Source: Acidobacteriota bacterium
GTDB lineage: Bacteria; Acidobacteriota; UBA6911
Length of the DNA: 64,000 nucleotides
Reading direction: 5' to 3'
Assembly: GCA_012729555.1 (NCBI GenBank)
Contig: JAAYCX010000020.1
Span: 14,908 to 78,907 of the forward strand
Shown here: positions 1 through 9,039 of the stretch, piece after piece
Layout of the letters: the number at the start of each line of letters is the position of its first letter
How positions within the stretch are numbered: the first letter of the stretch is position 1
Program-made: the position numbers and the translations under genes
The notes under the pieces: generated by a model
Told to the model about the DNA's origin: nothing
Databases searched by the model: none
Seen by the model: only the letters and a program-made list of their open reading frames with translations

Positions 1-783
1 GTCGCCATGACGCTGCTCAACCTCGCCAAGCGGACCGGCATCCCCGTCTTCCTCATCGGCCACGTCACCAAGGACGGCGCCATCGCGGGACCGAAGGCGC
101 TCGAGCACATCGTCGACGTCGTCCTCTATTTCGAGGGGGAGGGACGGCGCAACCACCGCATCGTCCGGGCGGTGAAGAACCGCTTCGGGGCGGCCAACGA
201 GGTCGGCATCTTCGAGATGACCTCCCGCGGCCTGGTCCCGGCCGCCAACCCCTCCGGCCTCTTTCTCCCCGACCGGGAGCTTTCGGCCGGCAGCTCGGTC
301 ATCTGCGCGATGGAGGGGACGCGGCCGCTCCTGGTCGAAATCCAGGCGCTGGTGGTCGCCACCCAGTACAGCACGGCGCGCCGCGTCGCCGACGGCGTCA
401 ACTACAACCGGATCTCGGTCCTGGTGGCGATGCTCGAAAAGCGGCTGGGAGTGCAGATGACGGGGAGCGACATCTACGTCAACACCGCCGGGGGGCTCGA
501 GGTGGACGAGCCCGCGGCCGACCTCGGCCTCTTCGCCGCCATCCTCGGCAGCCTGCGCAACCGCCCGCTGACCCCCGGGACCGTGCTCGTGGGGGAACTG
601 AGCCTGTCGGGCGACGTGCGCCCCGTCCCCCAGGCCCCCCTGAGGGTGCGCGAGGCGGCGGCCATGGGTTTCTCCCGCGTCCTCCTCCCCGCGGGGAACC
701 TCCCCCTCGTCGACCCCGTCGGCGGCATCGGGCTCGTGCCGATCGGGACGGTGGCGGAGCTCGCCGAGCTGATCTTCCCCTGA
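1..783 (+). CDS. radA: DNA repair protein RadA/Sms, C-terminal portion (5' end lies outside window)
   Basis: ORF 7..783 is open to the window edge; translation carries the RadA KNRFG motif (VKNRFGAANEVGIFEMT) and the Lon-protease-like C-terminal domain (GELSLSGDVRPV). Confidence 0.85.
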   Translation, partial: VAMTLLNLAKRTGIPVFLIGHVTKDGAIAGPKALEHIVDVVLYFEGEGRRNHRIVRAVKNRFGAANEVGIFEMTSRGLVPAANPSGLFLPDRELSAGSSVICAMEGTRPLLVEIQALVVATQYSTARRVADGVNYNRISVLVAMLEKRLGVQMTGSDIYVNTAGGLEVDEPAADLGLFAAILGSLRNRPLTPGTVLVGELSLSGDVRPVPQAPLRVREAAAMGFSRVLLPAGNLPLVDPVGGIGLVPIGTVAELAELIFP

Positions 784-917
784 CGCCGGTCCAGGAATAT
801 AAGGTGACTGCGCCGCCGATTCCTGCTAGATTGTATGCATGTCAGCCGTAATCCATTTCTGGCTTTACTTTCTTTTTTCCATTGATAGCGTTCGGTTTAT
901 ACCAAAGGAGTCCCTCG

Positions 918-2006
918 ATGGATCTCTGGATCATCCGGGTTTTTCTCTTCGCCGCCATCCTGATAAGCGGTTTCTACGTGCGCCCCTTCGGGCCCAATCT
1001 TTACCTGACCTTCGTCTTCGGCATTGTTTTCGGGCTCGTCATTCTCTTTGTTGAGTACCGCATCCGCGCGCTCTCCCTGAAAACCCTGCTGGGGGGGGCG
1101 GTCGGTTCGCTTCTGGGCATCATCGGCGCGAGCCTCGTCAGCCTCGTCGTCGGGCGGATGAACTTCGTCCACCCCCAGACCGAAACCTTCGTGCAGATCC
1201 TCATCCTCATCCTGATGACCTACATCGGGATGCTCTCGGGGGCCGGCAAGGGGGAATTCCTCGACCTCACCTCGCTCGGGGGGATCTTCACCGACAGCGC
1301 CCTGCGCAAGTCGTGCAAGATCCTCGACACCAGCGTCATCATCGACGGCCGCATCGCCGACATCTGCAAGACCGGTTTTCTGGAGGGGACGCTGGTCGCC
1401 CCCCATTTCGTGCTGCGCGAGCTGCAGCAGATCGCCGACAGCGCCGACAGCGCCAAGCGCAACCGCGGCCGGCGCGGGCTGGACGTGCTCGAGAAGATCA
1501 AGTCCGCCCCCGGGGTGTCGGTGCAGATCGTCGAAAAGGACTTCCCCGAGGTCAAGGAAGTGGACCTCAAGCTGATCGAACTGGCCAAGGACATGGGAGC
1601 CAAGATCGTCACCAACGACTTCAACCTCAACAAGGTGTCGCAGCTGAGGGGGGTCGACGTCCTGAACATCAACGAGCTGGCCAACGCGCTCAAGCCCGTC
1701 GTCCTCCCCGGCGAGACGATGAAGGTGTTCATCCTGAAGGAGGGGAAGGAGTACAACCAGGGGGTGGCCTACCTCGACGACGGGACGATGGTGGTGGTCG
1801 ACAACGCCCGCCGCATGATCGGCAAGACCATCGCCACCCAGGTCACCTCGGTGCTGCAGACGACGGCGGGGAAGATGATCTTCGGGCGCTTCCCCGAGGA
1901 GGCGGAACCGGGCTCCCGGCAGGAGCGCCGTTCCTATGACCGCGGCGGGACGGTCGCGCGCTTCAGCAACGGCGAAGACGAGAAAGAACGCCTGAAGGAA
2001 CGGTAG
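918..2006 (+). CDS. yacL: YacL-like membrane protein with PIN and TRAM domains
   Basis: ATG at 918 preceded by AAAGGAG (905-911); N-terminal hydrophobic helices, PIN-like region (ILDTSVIIDGRIADI...KIVTNDFNLNKV) and C-terminal TRAM-like beta region; position immediately after radA as in Bacillus radA-disA-yacL. Confidence 0.7.
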   Translation: MDLWIIRVFLFAAILISGFYVRPFGPNLYLTFVFGIVFGLVILFVEYRIRALSLKTLLGGAVGSLLGIIGASLVSLVVGRMNFVHPQTETFVQILILILMTYIGMLSGAGKGEFLDLTSLGGIFTDSALRKSCKILDTSVIIDGRIADICKTGFLEGTLVAPHFVLRELQQIADSADSAKRNRGRRGLDVLEKIKSAPGVSVQIVEKDFPEVKEVDLKLIELAKDMGAKIVTNDFNLNKVSQLRGVDVLNINELANALKPVVLPGETMKVFILKEGKEYNQGVAYLDDGTMVVVDNARRMIGKTIATQVTSVLQTTAGKMIFGRFPEEAEPGSRQERRSYDRGGTVARFSNGEDEKERLKER

Positions 2007-2014
2007 CCGCCCGT

Positions 2015-3220
2015 ATGCCCGACACACGCACCCTCAGCCGGCTCCGGGCCGCGGCGGTGATCGCCGCCGGCGGTACCGGCACGCGCATGAACGCCGGGGT
2101 CCCCAAGCAGTTCCTGGAGATCGCCGGCCGGCCGATCCTCTGCCGCACCGTGGAGCGGATGGCCCTCCTCCCCCAGGTGCGGGCGATCGTCGTGGCGCTG
2201 CCGGCCGCGCACATCCCGCGGGCGGAGGCGCTCCTCGGCGGCCGCGCGCGCTGCGTTGCGGGGGGGGAGACGCGCCAGGACTCGGTCCTCGGTGCCGTCC
2301 GGGCGCTCCCCGCGGACATCGACGTCATCCTGGTGCACGACGCGGTGCGCCCCCTCTGCCCGGAGGAGGTGATGCTGCGGGTGCTCGAAACCGCGTGGGC
2401 CAAAGGGGCCGCGGTCCCCGCCCTCCCCGCGACCGACACCATCGGGCGCGTCTCCAGGCGCGGGCGGGTGCTCCGGACGCCGCCGCGCGCGGAGCTCTAC
2501 GCGATCCAGACGCCGCAGGGGTTCCACGCCGCGCTCCTCAGGGAGGCGCTCGAGCGCGCCGAGGCGGAGGGGTTCCAGGGGACCGACGAGTCCTCGGTGG
2601 TGCGCCGGGCGGGGCACGCGGTCTGGGTGGTCCCCGGCTCCCCCGACAACCTGAAGATCACCCGCCCGCTCGACCTGGAGATCGCCGGGCGGCTGCTCGG
2701 GAAGGAGGGGGCCGTGAACGGACCGGAAATGCGCGTCGGGCAGGGGATCGACTACCACCGCCTGGCCACCGGGCGCCGGCTGGTCCTGGGGGGGGTGGAG
2801 ATCCCTTTTGAAAAGGGGCTCGAGGGGCATTCGGACGCCGACGTGCTCCTGCACGCCGTCTGCGACGCGCTCCTGGGCGCGGCCGGGATGGGCGACATCG
2901 GGCGCCTCTTCCCCGACACCGACCCCGCCTGGCGCGGGCGCGCGAGCCTCTTCTTCCTGGAGGAGGTGGGCCGCCGCGTCGCCGCCGCAGGGTGGCGCGC
3001 GGTGAACGTCGACGCCACGCTCGTGCTCGAGAGGCCGAAGATCGCGCCGCACGCGGCCGCGATGCGGCGCCGCATCGCCGCGGCCCTGGGACTCGGCGAG
3101 GGGGCCGTCAGCGTCAAGGCGACGACGAGCGAGGGGATGAACGCCGAGGGGCGCGGCGAGGGGGTGTCGGCGCAGGCGGTCGCCCTCCTCGCCCGCGCCC
3201 CGGCACCTGTCACGGGATGA
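2015..3220 (+). CDS. ispDF: bifunctional 2-C-methyl-D-erythritol 4-phosphate cytidylyltransferase / 2-C-methyl-D-erythritol 2,4-cyclodiphosphate synthase (IspD-IspF fusion)
   Basis: N-terminal half with IspD glycine-rich motif AAVIAAGGTGTRM; C-terminal half with IspF motifs GIDYHRL...GHSDADVLLHAV...DIGRLFPDTDP; single 401-aa ORF. Confidence 0.9.
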   Translation: MPDTRTLSRLRAAAVIAAGGTGTRMNAGVPKQFLEIAGRPILCRTVERMALLPQVRAIVVALPAAHIPRAEALLGGRARCVAGGETRQDSVLGAVRALPADIDVILVHDAVRPLCPEEVMLRVLETAWAKGAAVPALPATDTIGRVSRRGRVLRTPPRAELYAIQTPQGFHAALLREALERAEAEGFQGTDESSVVRRAGHAVWVVPGSPDNLKITRPLDLEIAGRLLGKEGAVNGPEMRVGQGIDYHRLATGRRLVLGGVEIPFEKGLEGHSDADVLLHAVCDALLGAAGMGDIGRLFPDTDPAWRGRASLFFLEEVGRRVAAAGWRAVNVDATLVLERPKIAPHAAAMRRRIAAALGLGEGAVSVKATTSEGMNAEGRGEGVSAQAVALLARAPAPVTG

Positions 3221-3224
3221 GACC

Positions 3225-4721
3225 ATGAATTCCGAAAATCCGATCCGGGTGCGCTTCGCGCCCAGCCCCACCGGCTTCCTGCACGTGGGGAACGTGCGCA
3301 CGGCCCTGTTCAACTGGCTCCTGGCCGGCCGGCACGGGGGGACCTTCGTCCTGCGCATCGAGGACACCGACGCCGCGCGGAGCGAGACGCGCTTCGAGCG
3401 GCAGCTCGTGGAGGACCTCTCCTGGCTGGGGCTCGACTGGAGCGAGGGGATCGACCGGGGGGGGGAGTACGGCCCCTACCGGCAGACCGACCGCTACGAC
3501 CTCTACCGCCGCTACGCCGCGCGCCTCCTCGACGAGGACCGTGCCTACCGCTGCTTCTGCTCCGCCGCGGAGCTCGAGGAGACGCGCCGGCTGCAGCTCG
3601 AGCGGCGGGAGACCCCCCGCTACGCGGGCACCTGCCGGCGCCTCCCCCCGGACGAGATCCGGGAGCGGGTGGGGAGGGGAGACCCCTTCACCCTGCGCCT
3701 CCGGGTACGCCCCGGGTGCGTCGGCTTCGACGACCTCGTCTTCGGCCGGATCGAGATCGAGACCTCCCAGGTGAGCGACCCGGTGCTCGTGCGCAGCGAC
3801 GGGAGCCCGACCTACAACTTCTGCTGCGTCGTCGACGACCTGCTGATGCGGATATCGCACGTCGTGCGCGGCGACGGCCACCTGTCGAACACCCACCGCC
3901 AGGTCCTGATCTACGAGGCGCTCTCGGCGGAGCCGCCGCGCTTCGCCCACCTGTCGACCATCCTGGGCCCCGACGGGCAGAAGCTGAGCAAGCGCCACGG
4001 CGCGACTTCCATCGAGGATTTCCGGCGGCGCGGCTACCTCCCCGAGGCCCTGGTCAACTACCTGGCGCTGCTCGGGTGGTCCCCCCCCGAGGACGGCCGG
4101 GAGGTCCTCGCGCTCGACGAGATCAGGGAGCAGTTCGACCTCGGGCGGGTGCAGAAGAGCCCCGCCATCTTCGACACGGCCAAGCTCGACTGGATGAACC
4201 GCACCTGGATCCACCGGATCCCCGGGACGGAGCTGCTCGGCGCCGCGCGCCCCCATTTCACGGCGGCGGGCCTCCTCCCCGCCGAATCTTCCCCCGCCCT
4301 GGACGCCTGGGCCGGCAGGGTGATCGACCTGGTCAAGACGCGGGTGGACCACCTCGACCAGCTCCCGGAGGCCGCGGAGGTCGTCTACGGCGCCGACCCG
4401 CCCGCGCTCGATGCGGACGCCCGCGCCGCGCTCGCGGCCCCGGAAGGGCGGGAGGTCGCCCTCGACTTCGTGCGGCGGGTGGAGGCCGGGGGAGCGCTCA
4501 CGCCCGAGGGCTACCGGCGGATCGTGGGGGAGGTCAAGTCGGCCACCGGGCGCAAGGGACGGCACCTCTACCACCCGATCCGGGCGGTCCTGACCGGGCA
4601 GGGCTCCGGCCCCGACCTCGAAACCCTGGCGCCGCTCTGCGACGAGGGGGCGCGCCTGCCGCTGCCGCGCCCGGTGCTCTCCCCGGCCGCGCGCGCGCGC
4701 CGCATCCTCGAGGCGGTCTGA
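3225..4721 (+). CDS. gltX: glutamate--tRNA ligase
   Basis: Class I HIGH region (PSPTGFLHVGNVRTALFNWLLA) and KLSKR (KMSKS-type) motif; 498 aa. Confidence 0.9.
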   Translation: MNSENPIRVRFAPSPTGFLHVGNVRTALFNWLLAGRHGGTFVLRIEDTDAARSETRFERQLVEDLSWLGLDWSEGIDRGGEYGPYRQTDRYDLYRRYAARLLDEDRAYRCFCSAAELEETRRLQLERRETPRYAGTCRRLPPDEIRERVGRGDPFTLRLRVRPGCVGFDDLVFGRIEIETSQVSDPVLVRSDGSPTYNFCCVVDDLLMRISHVVRGDGHLSNTHRQVLIYEALSAEPPRFAHLSTILGPDGQKLSKRHGATSIEDFRRRGYLPEALVNYLALLGWSPPEDGREVLALDEIREQFDLGRVQKSPAIFDTAKLDWMNRTWIHRIPGTELLGAARPHFTAAGLLPAESSPALDAWAGRVIDLVKTRVDHLDQLPEAAEVVYGADPPALDADARAALAAPEGREVALDFVRRVEAGGALTPEGYRRIVGEVKSATGRKGRHLYHPIRAVLTGQGSGPDLETLAPLCDEGARLPLPRPVLSPAARARRILEAV

Positions 4722-4727
4722 GGCGCC

Positions 4728-5462
4728 ATGTCCCTGATCTACGGCATCCACGCGGTGGCGGAAGCGCTCCGGGCGCACCCCGAAAAGATCGAGCGGATCA
4801 CCGTCGAGCGCGGCGGGCGCAACCCCCGCGTCCAGGAGATCGTCCGGGAAGCCGGGGAGCGCCGCGTGCGCCTCTCCTTCGAGCCGCGGGAGTGGATGGA
4901 CCGCCGGTGCGGCGGGGAGCGGCACCAGGGGGTGCTCGCCGTCACCGCCGAAATCGACACCCTCGAAGTCGAGGAGGTCCTCGCCGCGGCCCGGACCCCC
5001 GGCCTCCTGGTGGTGCTCGACGGGATCGAAGACCCCCACAACCTGGGCGCCGTCCTGCGCTCGGCCGAGGCCGCCGGCGCCGACGGCGTCTTCGTGCCGC
5101 GCCACCGCTCCGCCGCGCTCGGCGCCGCGGCGGTCAAGGCGAGCGCCGGGGCCGCCGCCCACGTCCGCCTCGCGCGGGCGCCCAACGTCTCCCGCCTCAT
5201 CGAGAGCCTGAAGGGCGCGGGGTACTGGAGCGTGGGGCTCGACGCGGCGGCGCCCGAGCCGCTCTGGAAGATCGATCTGACCGTCCCGGTCGCCCTGGTG
5301 CTGGGCAACGAGGGGACGGGGCTGCACCGGCTGGTGCGGGAGAAGTGCGACCTCGTGGCCTCGCTCCCGATCGCCGGGCGGGTGGGCTCCTACAACGTGA
5401 GCGTCGCCGCCGGGATCACCCTGTACGAAGTGCAGCGCCAGCGCGCCCAAAAACTGAAGTGA
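4728..5462 (+). CDS. rlmB: TrmH-family 23S rRNA 2'-O-ribose methyltransferase (RlmB-like)
   Basis: SpoU/TrmH methylase motifs (LVLGNEGTGL, IPIAGRVGSYNVSVAAGI); follows gltX as yacO/rlmB does in Firmicutes. Confidence 0.75.
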   Translation: MSLIYGIHAVAEALRAHPEKIERITVERGGRNPRVQEIVREAGERRVRLSFEPREWMDRRCGGERHQGVLAVTAEIDTLEVEEVLAAARTPGLLVVLDGIEDPHNLGAVLRSAEAAGADGVFVPRHRSAALGAAAVKASAGAAAHVRLARAPNVSRLIESLKGAGYWSVGLDAAAPEPLWKIDLTVPVALVLGNEGTGLHRLVREKCDLVASLPIAGRVGSYNVSVAAGITLYEVQRQRAQKLK

Positions 5463-5523
5463 ACGGCCCCCGCTGCCGAAAAGCAGGAGTGCCCGGACTC
5501 ATTGGACTTTCGGGGTCGCCCCT

Positions 5524-6450
5524 ATGGCCGTCATAGAGATAGAAAACCTGACCAAGGACTTCGCCGTCGGCTTCTGGCGCAAGCGGCCGGTGCGCGCGCT
5601 CGACGCCCTCTCCCTCGAGGTGCGCGCGGGGGAGATCTTCGGCTTCCTCGGGCCGAACGGGGCGGGCAAGAGCACCACCCTGAAGCTCCTGATGCACCTG
5701 CTGCACCCGACATCGGGCTCGGCCCGCATCCTGGGGCGCCCGGCGGGGGACACCGCGATGCACGAGCGGATCGGGTACCTGCCCGAAAACCCCTACTTCT
5801 ACGACTACCTGACCCCCCGGGAGCTCCTCACATTCATGGGCCGGCTTTTCGGCCTGGCGGGGCCCCCCCTCGCCCGCAGGGTCCGGGAGCTCGTCGGCGA
5901 GGTGGGACTCGCGGCGTCGGCCGACGTGCAGCTGCGCAAATTCTCCAAGGGGATGGTCCAGCGCCTGGGGATCGCCCAGGCCCTCGTCAACGAACCCGAG
6001 GTGGTCTTCCTCGACGAACCGATGTCGGGGCTCGACCCGCTCGGGCGCATGGAGGTGCGCCGCATCGTGACCGGGCTGAGGGAGCGGGGGGTGACCGTCT
6101 TCCTGAGCTCCCACATCCTCCCCGACGTCGAGGCGATGTGCGACCGGGTGGCGATCCTCGACCGGGGGAGGCTCCAGGAGGCGGGGACGCTCGAGGACAT
6201 CCTCAGGGCGCGGATCGCGGGGCACGAGATCATCCTCTCCGGCTGGACCGAGGCCACCCCGGACCTCCTCCGCCCCTGGTGCTCCGAGGTGCGGGCCATG
6301 GGGGAGCGGCTGCACCTGCGTGCGGACGACCGCGAAAACCTCGAGGCGGTGCTCGGCTTCGTCTTCGCCCACGGGCTGGACCTCGTCTCGGTCAACCCGA
6401 TCCGCCCCTCGCTCGAGGAATATTTCCAGACCCTGGTGACCGGAAAGTAG
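5524..6450 (+). CDS. ABC transporter ATP-binding protein (ABC-2 type)
   Basis: Walker [11 protein letters not shown], signature [15 protein letters not shown], Walker [13 protein letters not shown]. Confidence 0.85.
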   Translation: MAVIEIENLTKDFAVGFWRKRPVRALDALSLEVRAGEIFGFLGPNGAGKSTTLKLLMHLLHPTSGSARILGRPAGDTAMHERIGYLPENPYFYDYLTPRELLTFMGRLFGLAGPPLARRVRELVGEVGLAASADVQLRKFSKGMVQRLGIAQALVNEPEVVFLDEPMSGLDPLGRMEVRRIVTGLRERGVTVFLSSHILPDVEAMCDRVAILDRGRLQEAGTLEDILRARIAGHEIILSGWTEATPDLLRPWCSEVRAMGERLHLRADDRENLEAVLGFVFAHGLDLVSVNPIRPSLEEYFQTLVTGK

Positions 6451-6460
6451 AGGCAGCGTC

Positions 6461-7255
6461 ATGAACCGCATCCTGGCCATCGCCGAGAACACCTTCCGCG
6501 AAACGGTCCGCGACAAGATCCTCTACAACCTGATCCTCTTCGCCCTCGTCATGATCGGCAGTTCGCTCGCCCTGGGGCAGCTCACCCTCGGCAACGAGGA
6601 CAAGGTGATCCTCGACCTGGGCCTGGGCGCCATCTCCGTCTTCGGGCTCCTGATCGCCATCTTCATCGGGATCGGCCTGGTCTACAAGGAGCTGGAAAAA
6701 CGGACCGTCTACGCCCTCCTGGCCAAGCCGGTGCGGCGCCACGAACTGATCCTGGGCAAGTACCTCGGCCTCCTCTCGACGCTCGGGGTCAACCTGGCCG
6801 TGATGACGGCGGGGCTCGCCCTGGCGCTCGCTTACACGGGGCGGGCGCCGGCGGGGGCCTACGGGCGCCTCCTGCCGGCCGTGGGCCTCATCTTCCTCTC
6901 GCTCGCCCTGGCCACCGCGCTCGCGCTCCTCTTTTCGACCTTTTCGACGCCGGCCCTGGCCGCCCTCTTCACCTTCTTCCTCTGGGTCATCGGGCATTTC
7001 AACGCCGACCTCCGCCGCTTCGGCGAACTCTCGGGATCGCCCGCCGTCGAGGCTCTCGGCCGCGCGCTCTACTACGTCATCCCCAATTTCGGGAACTTCA
7101 ACCTGATCGACGGCCGTGCCGTCCTGCAGACGGCGGGCTACGCGCGCCCCGTCGAGTGGTGGGCCGTGGGGGGAGCCGGCGCCTACGCCGTCGTCTACAT
7201 CGCCCTCCTGCTGGCCCTCTCGATCCTCATCTTCGCCCGGCGGGACTTCAAATGA
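6461..7255 (+). CDS. ABC-2 family transporter permease
   Basis: Six predicted hydrophobic helices, immediately downstream of the ATPase (10-nt gap). Confidence 0.75.
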   Translation: MNRILAIAENTFRETVRDKILYNLILFALVMIGSSLALGQLTLGNEDKVILDLGLGAISVFGLLIAIFIGIGLVYKELEKRTVYALLAKPVRRHELILGKYLGLLSTLGVNLAVMTAGLALALAYTGRAPAGAYGRLLPAVGLIFLSLALATALALLFSTFSTPALAALFTFFLWVIGHFNADLRRFGELSGSPAVEALGRALYYVIPNFGNFNLIDGRAVLQTAGYARPVEWWAVGGAGAYAVVYIALLLALSILIFARRDFK

Positions 7256-8121
7256 AAGGCGGGGGGGGGGAAACATCGAAGGTGGTGCTCGGCTGCGTCG
7301 GCGCCGCCCTGGCCGCGGCGCTGCTGGTCGGCCCGGTGCAGGACTTCATCGACGCGCGCTCCCCGGCCGGGGAGGAGCCCGACCTCCTCTTCTTCAACTC
7401 CCCCGGCCTGGTCCAGAAGATGGCCCTCGGCTTCGAGCCCCTGCTGGCCGACCTCTACTGGATGCGCACCATCCAGTACTACGGGCGGCGCGACGACGAG
7501 GGGCGGCGGCGGGAGAGCTTCGGAAACCTCTACACCCTCCTCGACATCACCACCACCCTCGACCCGGGACTCCAGGACGCCTACCGCGCCGGGAGCTGCT
7601 TCCTCTCCGAGCCCCCGCCGGTCGGGGCGGGCCGGCCCGACCTGGCCCTCGAGCTCCTCAAGAAGGGGGCGCGGGCGCATCCCCGCGAGTGGCGCCTGGT
7701 CTACGAGCGGGGGTTCGTCCACTACCTCTACCTGAAGGACTACGCCGCCGCGGGGGACACCTGGCTCGAGGCGGGCCGGGTCCCCGGGGCGCCCGAGTGG
7801 CTCGCGGGCCTGGCGGCCATGGCGCTGTCGAAGGGGGGGGCCGAGGAGGTCGCCGTCGCCCTCTGGCGGCGCCAGTACGAGGAGGCGACGAGCGACGCGG
7901 TGCGCGACAACGCCCGCAACCACCTCCACTCGCTCCAGGTCAAGCGGGACCTCGCCGAGCTCAGGGACCGCATCGAGCGCCACCGCGCCGCGACCGGCTC
8001 CTTCCCCCCGAGCCTCCGGACCCCCCGGGACCCGATGGGGACCCCCTACGCCTACGACCCCCGCTCCGGCCGGGTGGAGCTCGACCCGGGGAGCGCCGTC
8101 CGCTTCCTCGACCTCCCCTGA
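7252..8121 (+). CDS. hypothetical membrane-anchored protein, translationally coupled to the ABC-2 permease
   Basis: ATG at 7252 overlaps the permease stop (ATGA); N-terminal hydrophobic anchor (VVLGCVGAALAAALLVG) followed by a helical soluble domain; no recognisable family. Confidence 0.5.
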   Translation: MKGGGGETSKVVLGCVGAALAAALLVGPVQDFIDARSPAGEEPDLLFFNSPGLVQKMALGFEPLLADLYWMRTIQYYGRRDDEGRRRESFGNLYTLLDITTTLDPGLQDAYRAGSCFLSEPPPVGAGRPDLALELLKKGARAHPREWRLVYERGFVHYLYLKDYAAAGDTWLEAGRVPGAPEWLAGLAAMALSKGGAEEVAVALWRRQYEEATSDAVRDNARNHLHSLQVKRDLAELRDRIERHRAATGSFPPSLRTPRDPMGTPYAYDPRSGRVELDPGSAVRFLDLP

Positions 8122-8174
8122 CCCATCATTTTTGTTTATTATCCCGAAATCCTATCCTATAGTCGATGCAGCTT

Positions 8175-8190
8175 CCATTTTCTAAAATGG
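8175..8190. promoter_or_regulatory. perfect 7-bp inverted repeat CCATTTT-CT-AAAATGG upstream of aqpZ
   Basis: Palindrome seen directly in sequence 27 nt upstream of the aqpZ start codon, inside an AT-richer leader. Confidence 0.3.
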
Positions 8191-8216
8191 CTGTATTCCG
8201 ACAAGGAGACTCCGCT

Positions 8217-8909
8217 ATGGGTAAGAAACTGGGCGCCGAATTCATCGGCACGTTCTGGCTCGTGCTCGGCGGCTGCGGCAGCGCGGTCCTGGCGGCCGCC
8301 TTCCCCGACCTGGGGATCGGCTTCGCCGGCGTGGCCCTGGCCTTCGGGCTGACCGTCCTGACCATGGCCTTCGCCATTGGCCACATCTCCGGCTGCCACC
8401 TCAACCCCGCCGTGTCCTTCGGGCTCTGGGCGGGCCGCCGCTTTCCCGGCAGGGACCTGTTCGGGTACATCGTGGCCCAGGTGCTGGGCGGCGCGCTCGC
8501 GGCCCTGGTCCTCTACCTCATCGCCAGCGGGAGCTCGGGCTTCAGCCTGAGCGGCGGGTTCGCCGCCAACGGGTACGGGGAGCATTCCCCCGGCGGGTAC
8601 GCGCTCGGGGCCGCTTTCCTGTGCGAGCTGGTGATGACGTTCATCTTCCTCATCGTCATCATGGGCGCGACCGACAAGCGGGCGCCGCAGGGGTTCGCCC
8701 CCATCGCCATCGGGCTGGCGCTGACGCTGATCCACCTGATCAGCATCCCGGTCACGAACACCTCGGTCAACCCCGCGCGCAGCACCAGCCAGGCGCTCTT
8801 CGTCCAGGGGTGGGCGCTCGCGCAGCTCTGGCTCTTCTGGCTCGCCCCCATCCTGGGCGCGCTCCTGGCGGGCCTCACCTACCGCGGGATTTTCGAGGAC
8901 AAGGCCTGA
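8217..8909 (+). CDS. aqpZ: aquaporin Z (MIP-family water channel)
   Basis: Two NPA boxes (HLNPAVS and SVNPARS), six TM helices; ATG 8217 with AAGGAG at 8204-8209. Confidence 0.9.
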   Translation: MGKKLGAEFIGTFWLVLGGCGSAVLAAAFPDLGIGFAGVALAFGLTVLTMAFAIGHISGCHLNPAVSFGLWAGRRFPGRDLFGYIVAQVLGGALAALVLYLIASGSSGFSLSGGFAANGYGEHSPGGYALGAAFLCELVMTFIFLIVIMGATDKRAPQGFAPIAIGLALTLIHLISIPVTNTSVNPARSTSQALFVQGWALAQLWLFWLAPILGALLAGLTYRGIFEDKA

Positions 8910-8920
8910 CCCGAATGCAG

Positions 8921-8946
8921 GGAAGGGGGCCTCGGGGCCCCCTTCC
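8921..8946. terminator. GC-rich hairpin GGAAGGGGGCC-tcgg-GGCCCCCTTCC between convergent aqpZ and a GGDEF gene
   Basis: Perfect 11-bp stem with 4-nt loop read from the sequence 12 nt after the aqpZ stop; no U-tract. Could act bidirectionally. Confidence 0.4.
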
Positions 8947-8967
8947 GGTTCCCGCCGCCCCATACCC

Positions 8968-9015
8968 CCATTCCGTCAAATCATTTGACAGAATGGGGCC
9001 TATTCTGTCAAATCG
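8968..9015. repeat. cluster of three TTCYGTCAAAT(C) motifs (forward, reverse, forward)
   Basis: ttccgtcaaatc 8971-8982, atttgacagaa (reverse complement) 8984-8994, ttctgtcaaatc 9004-9015; lies in the convergent intergenic region; locally AT-richer. Confidence 0.45.
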
Positions 9016-9039
9016 TTGGACGAAATCGGGGGATGGAGC

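Noticed and set aside
897-2027. Long antisense ORFs mirroring real genes throughout the window (e.g. 897..2027 -, 3210..5450 -, 9008..13366 -, 9016..11058 +, 11485..13533 +, 14757..16766 -, 14933..16906 +, 20082..22940 -, 20963..22924 +, 34562..36262 -, 45104..48286 +, 49352..51175 -)
   Set aside because: Translations are Arg/Pro/Gly/Ala-rich with no motifs. These are typical stop-codon-poor alternative frames of 70% GC DNA. In each case a well-supported gene with recognisable domains occupies another frame or strand.
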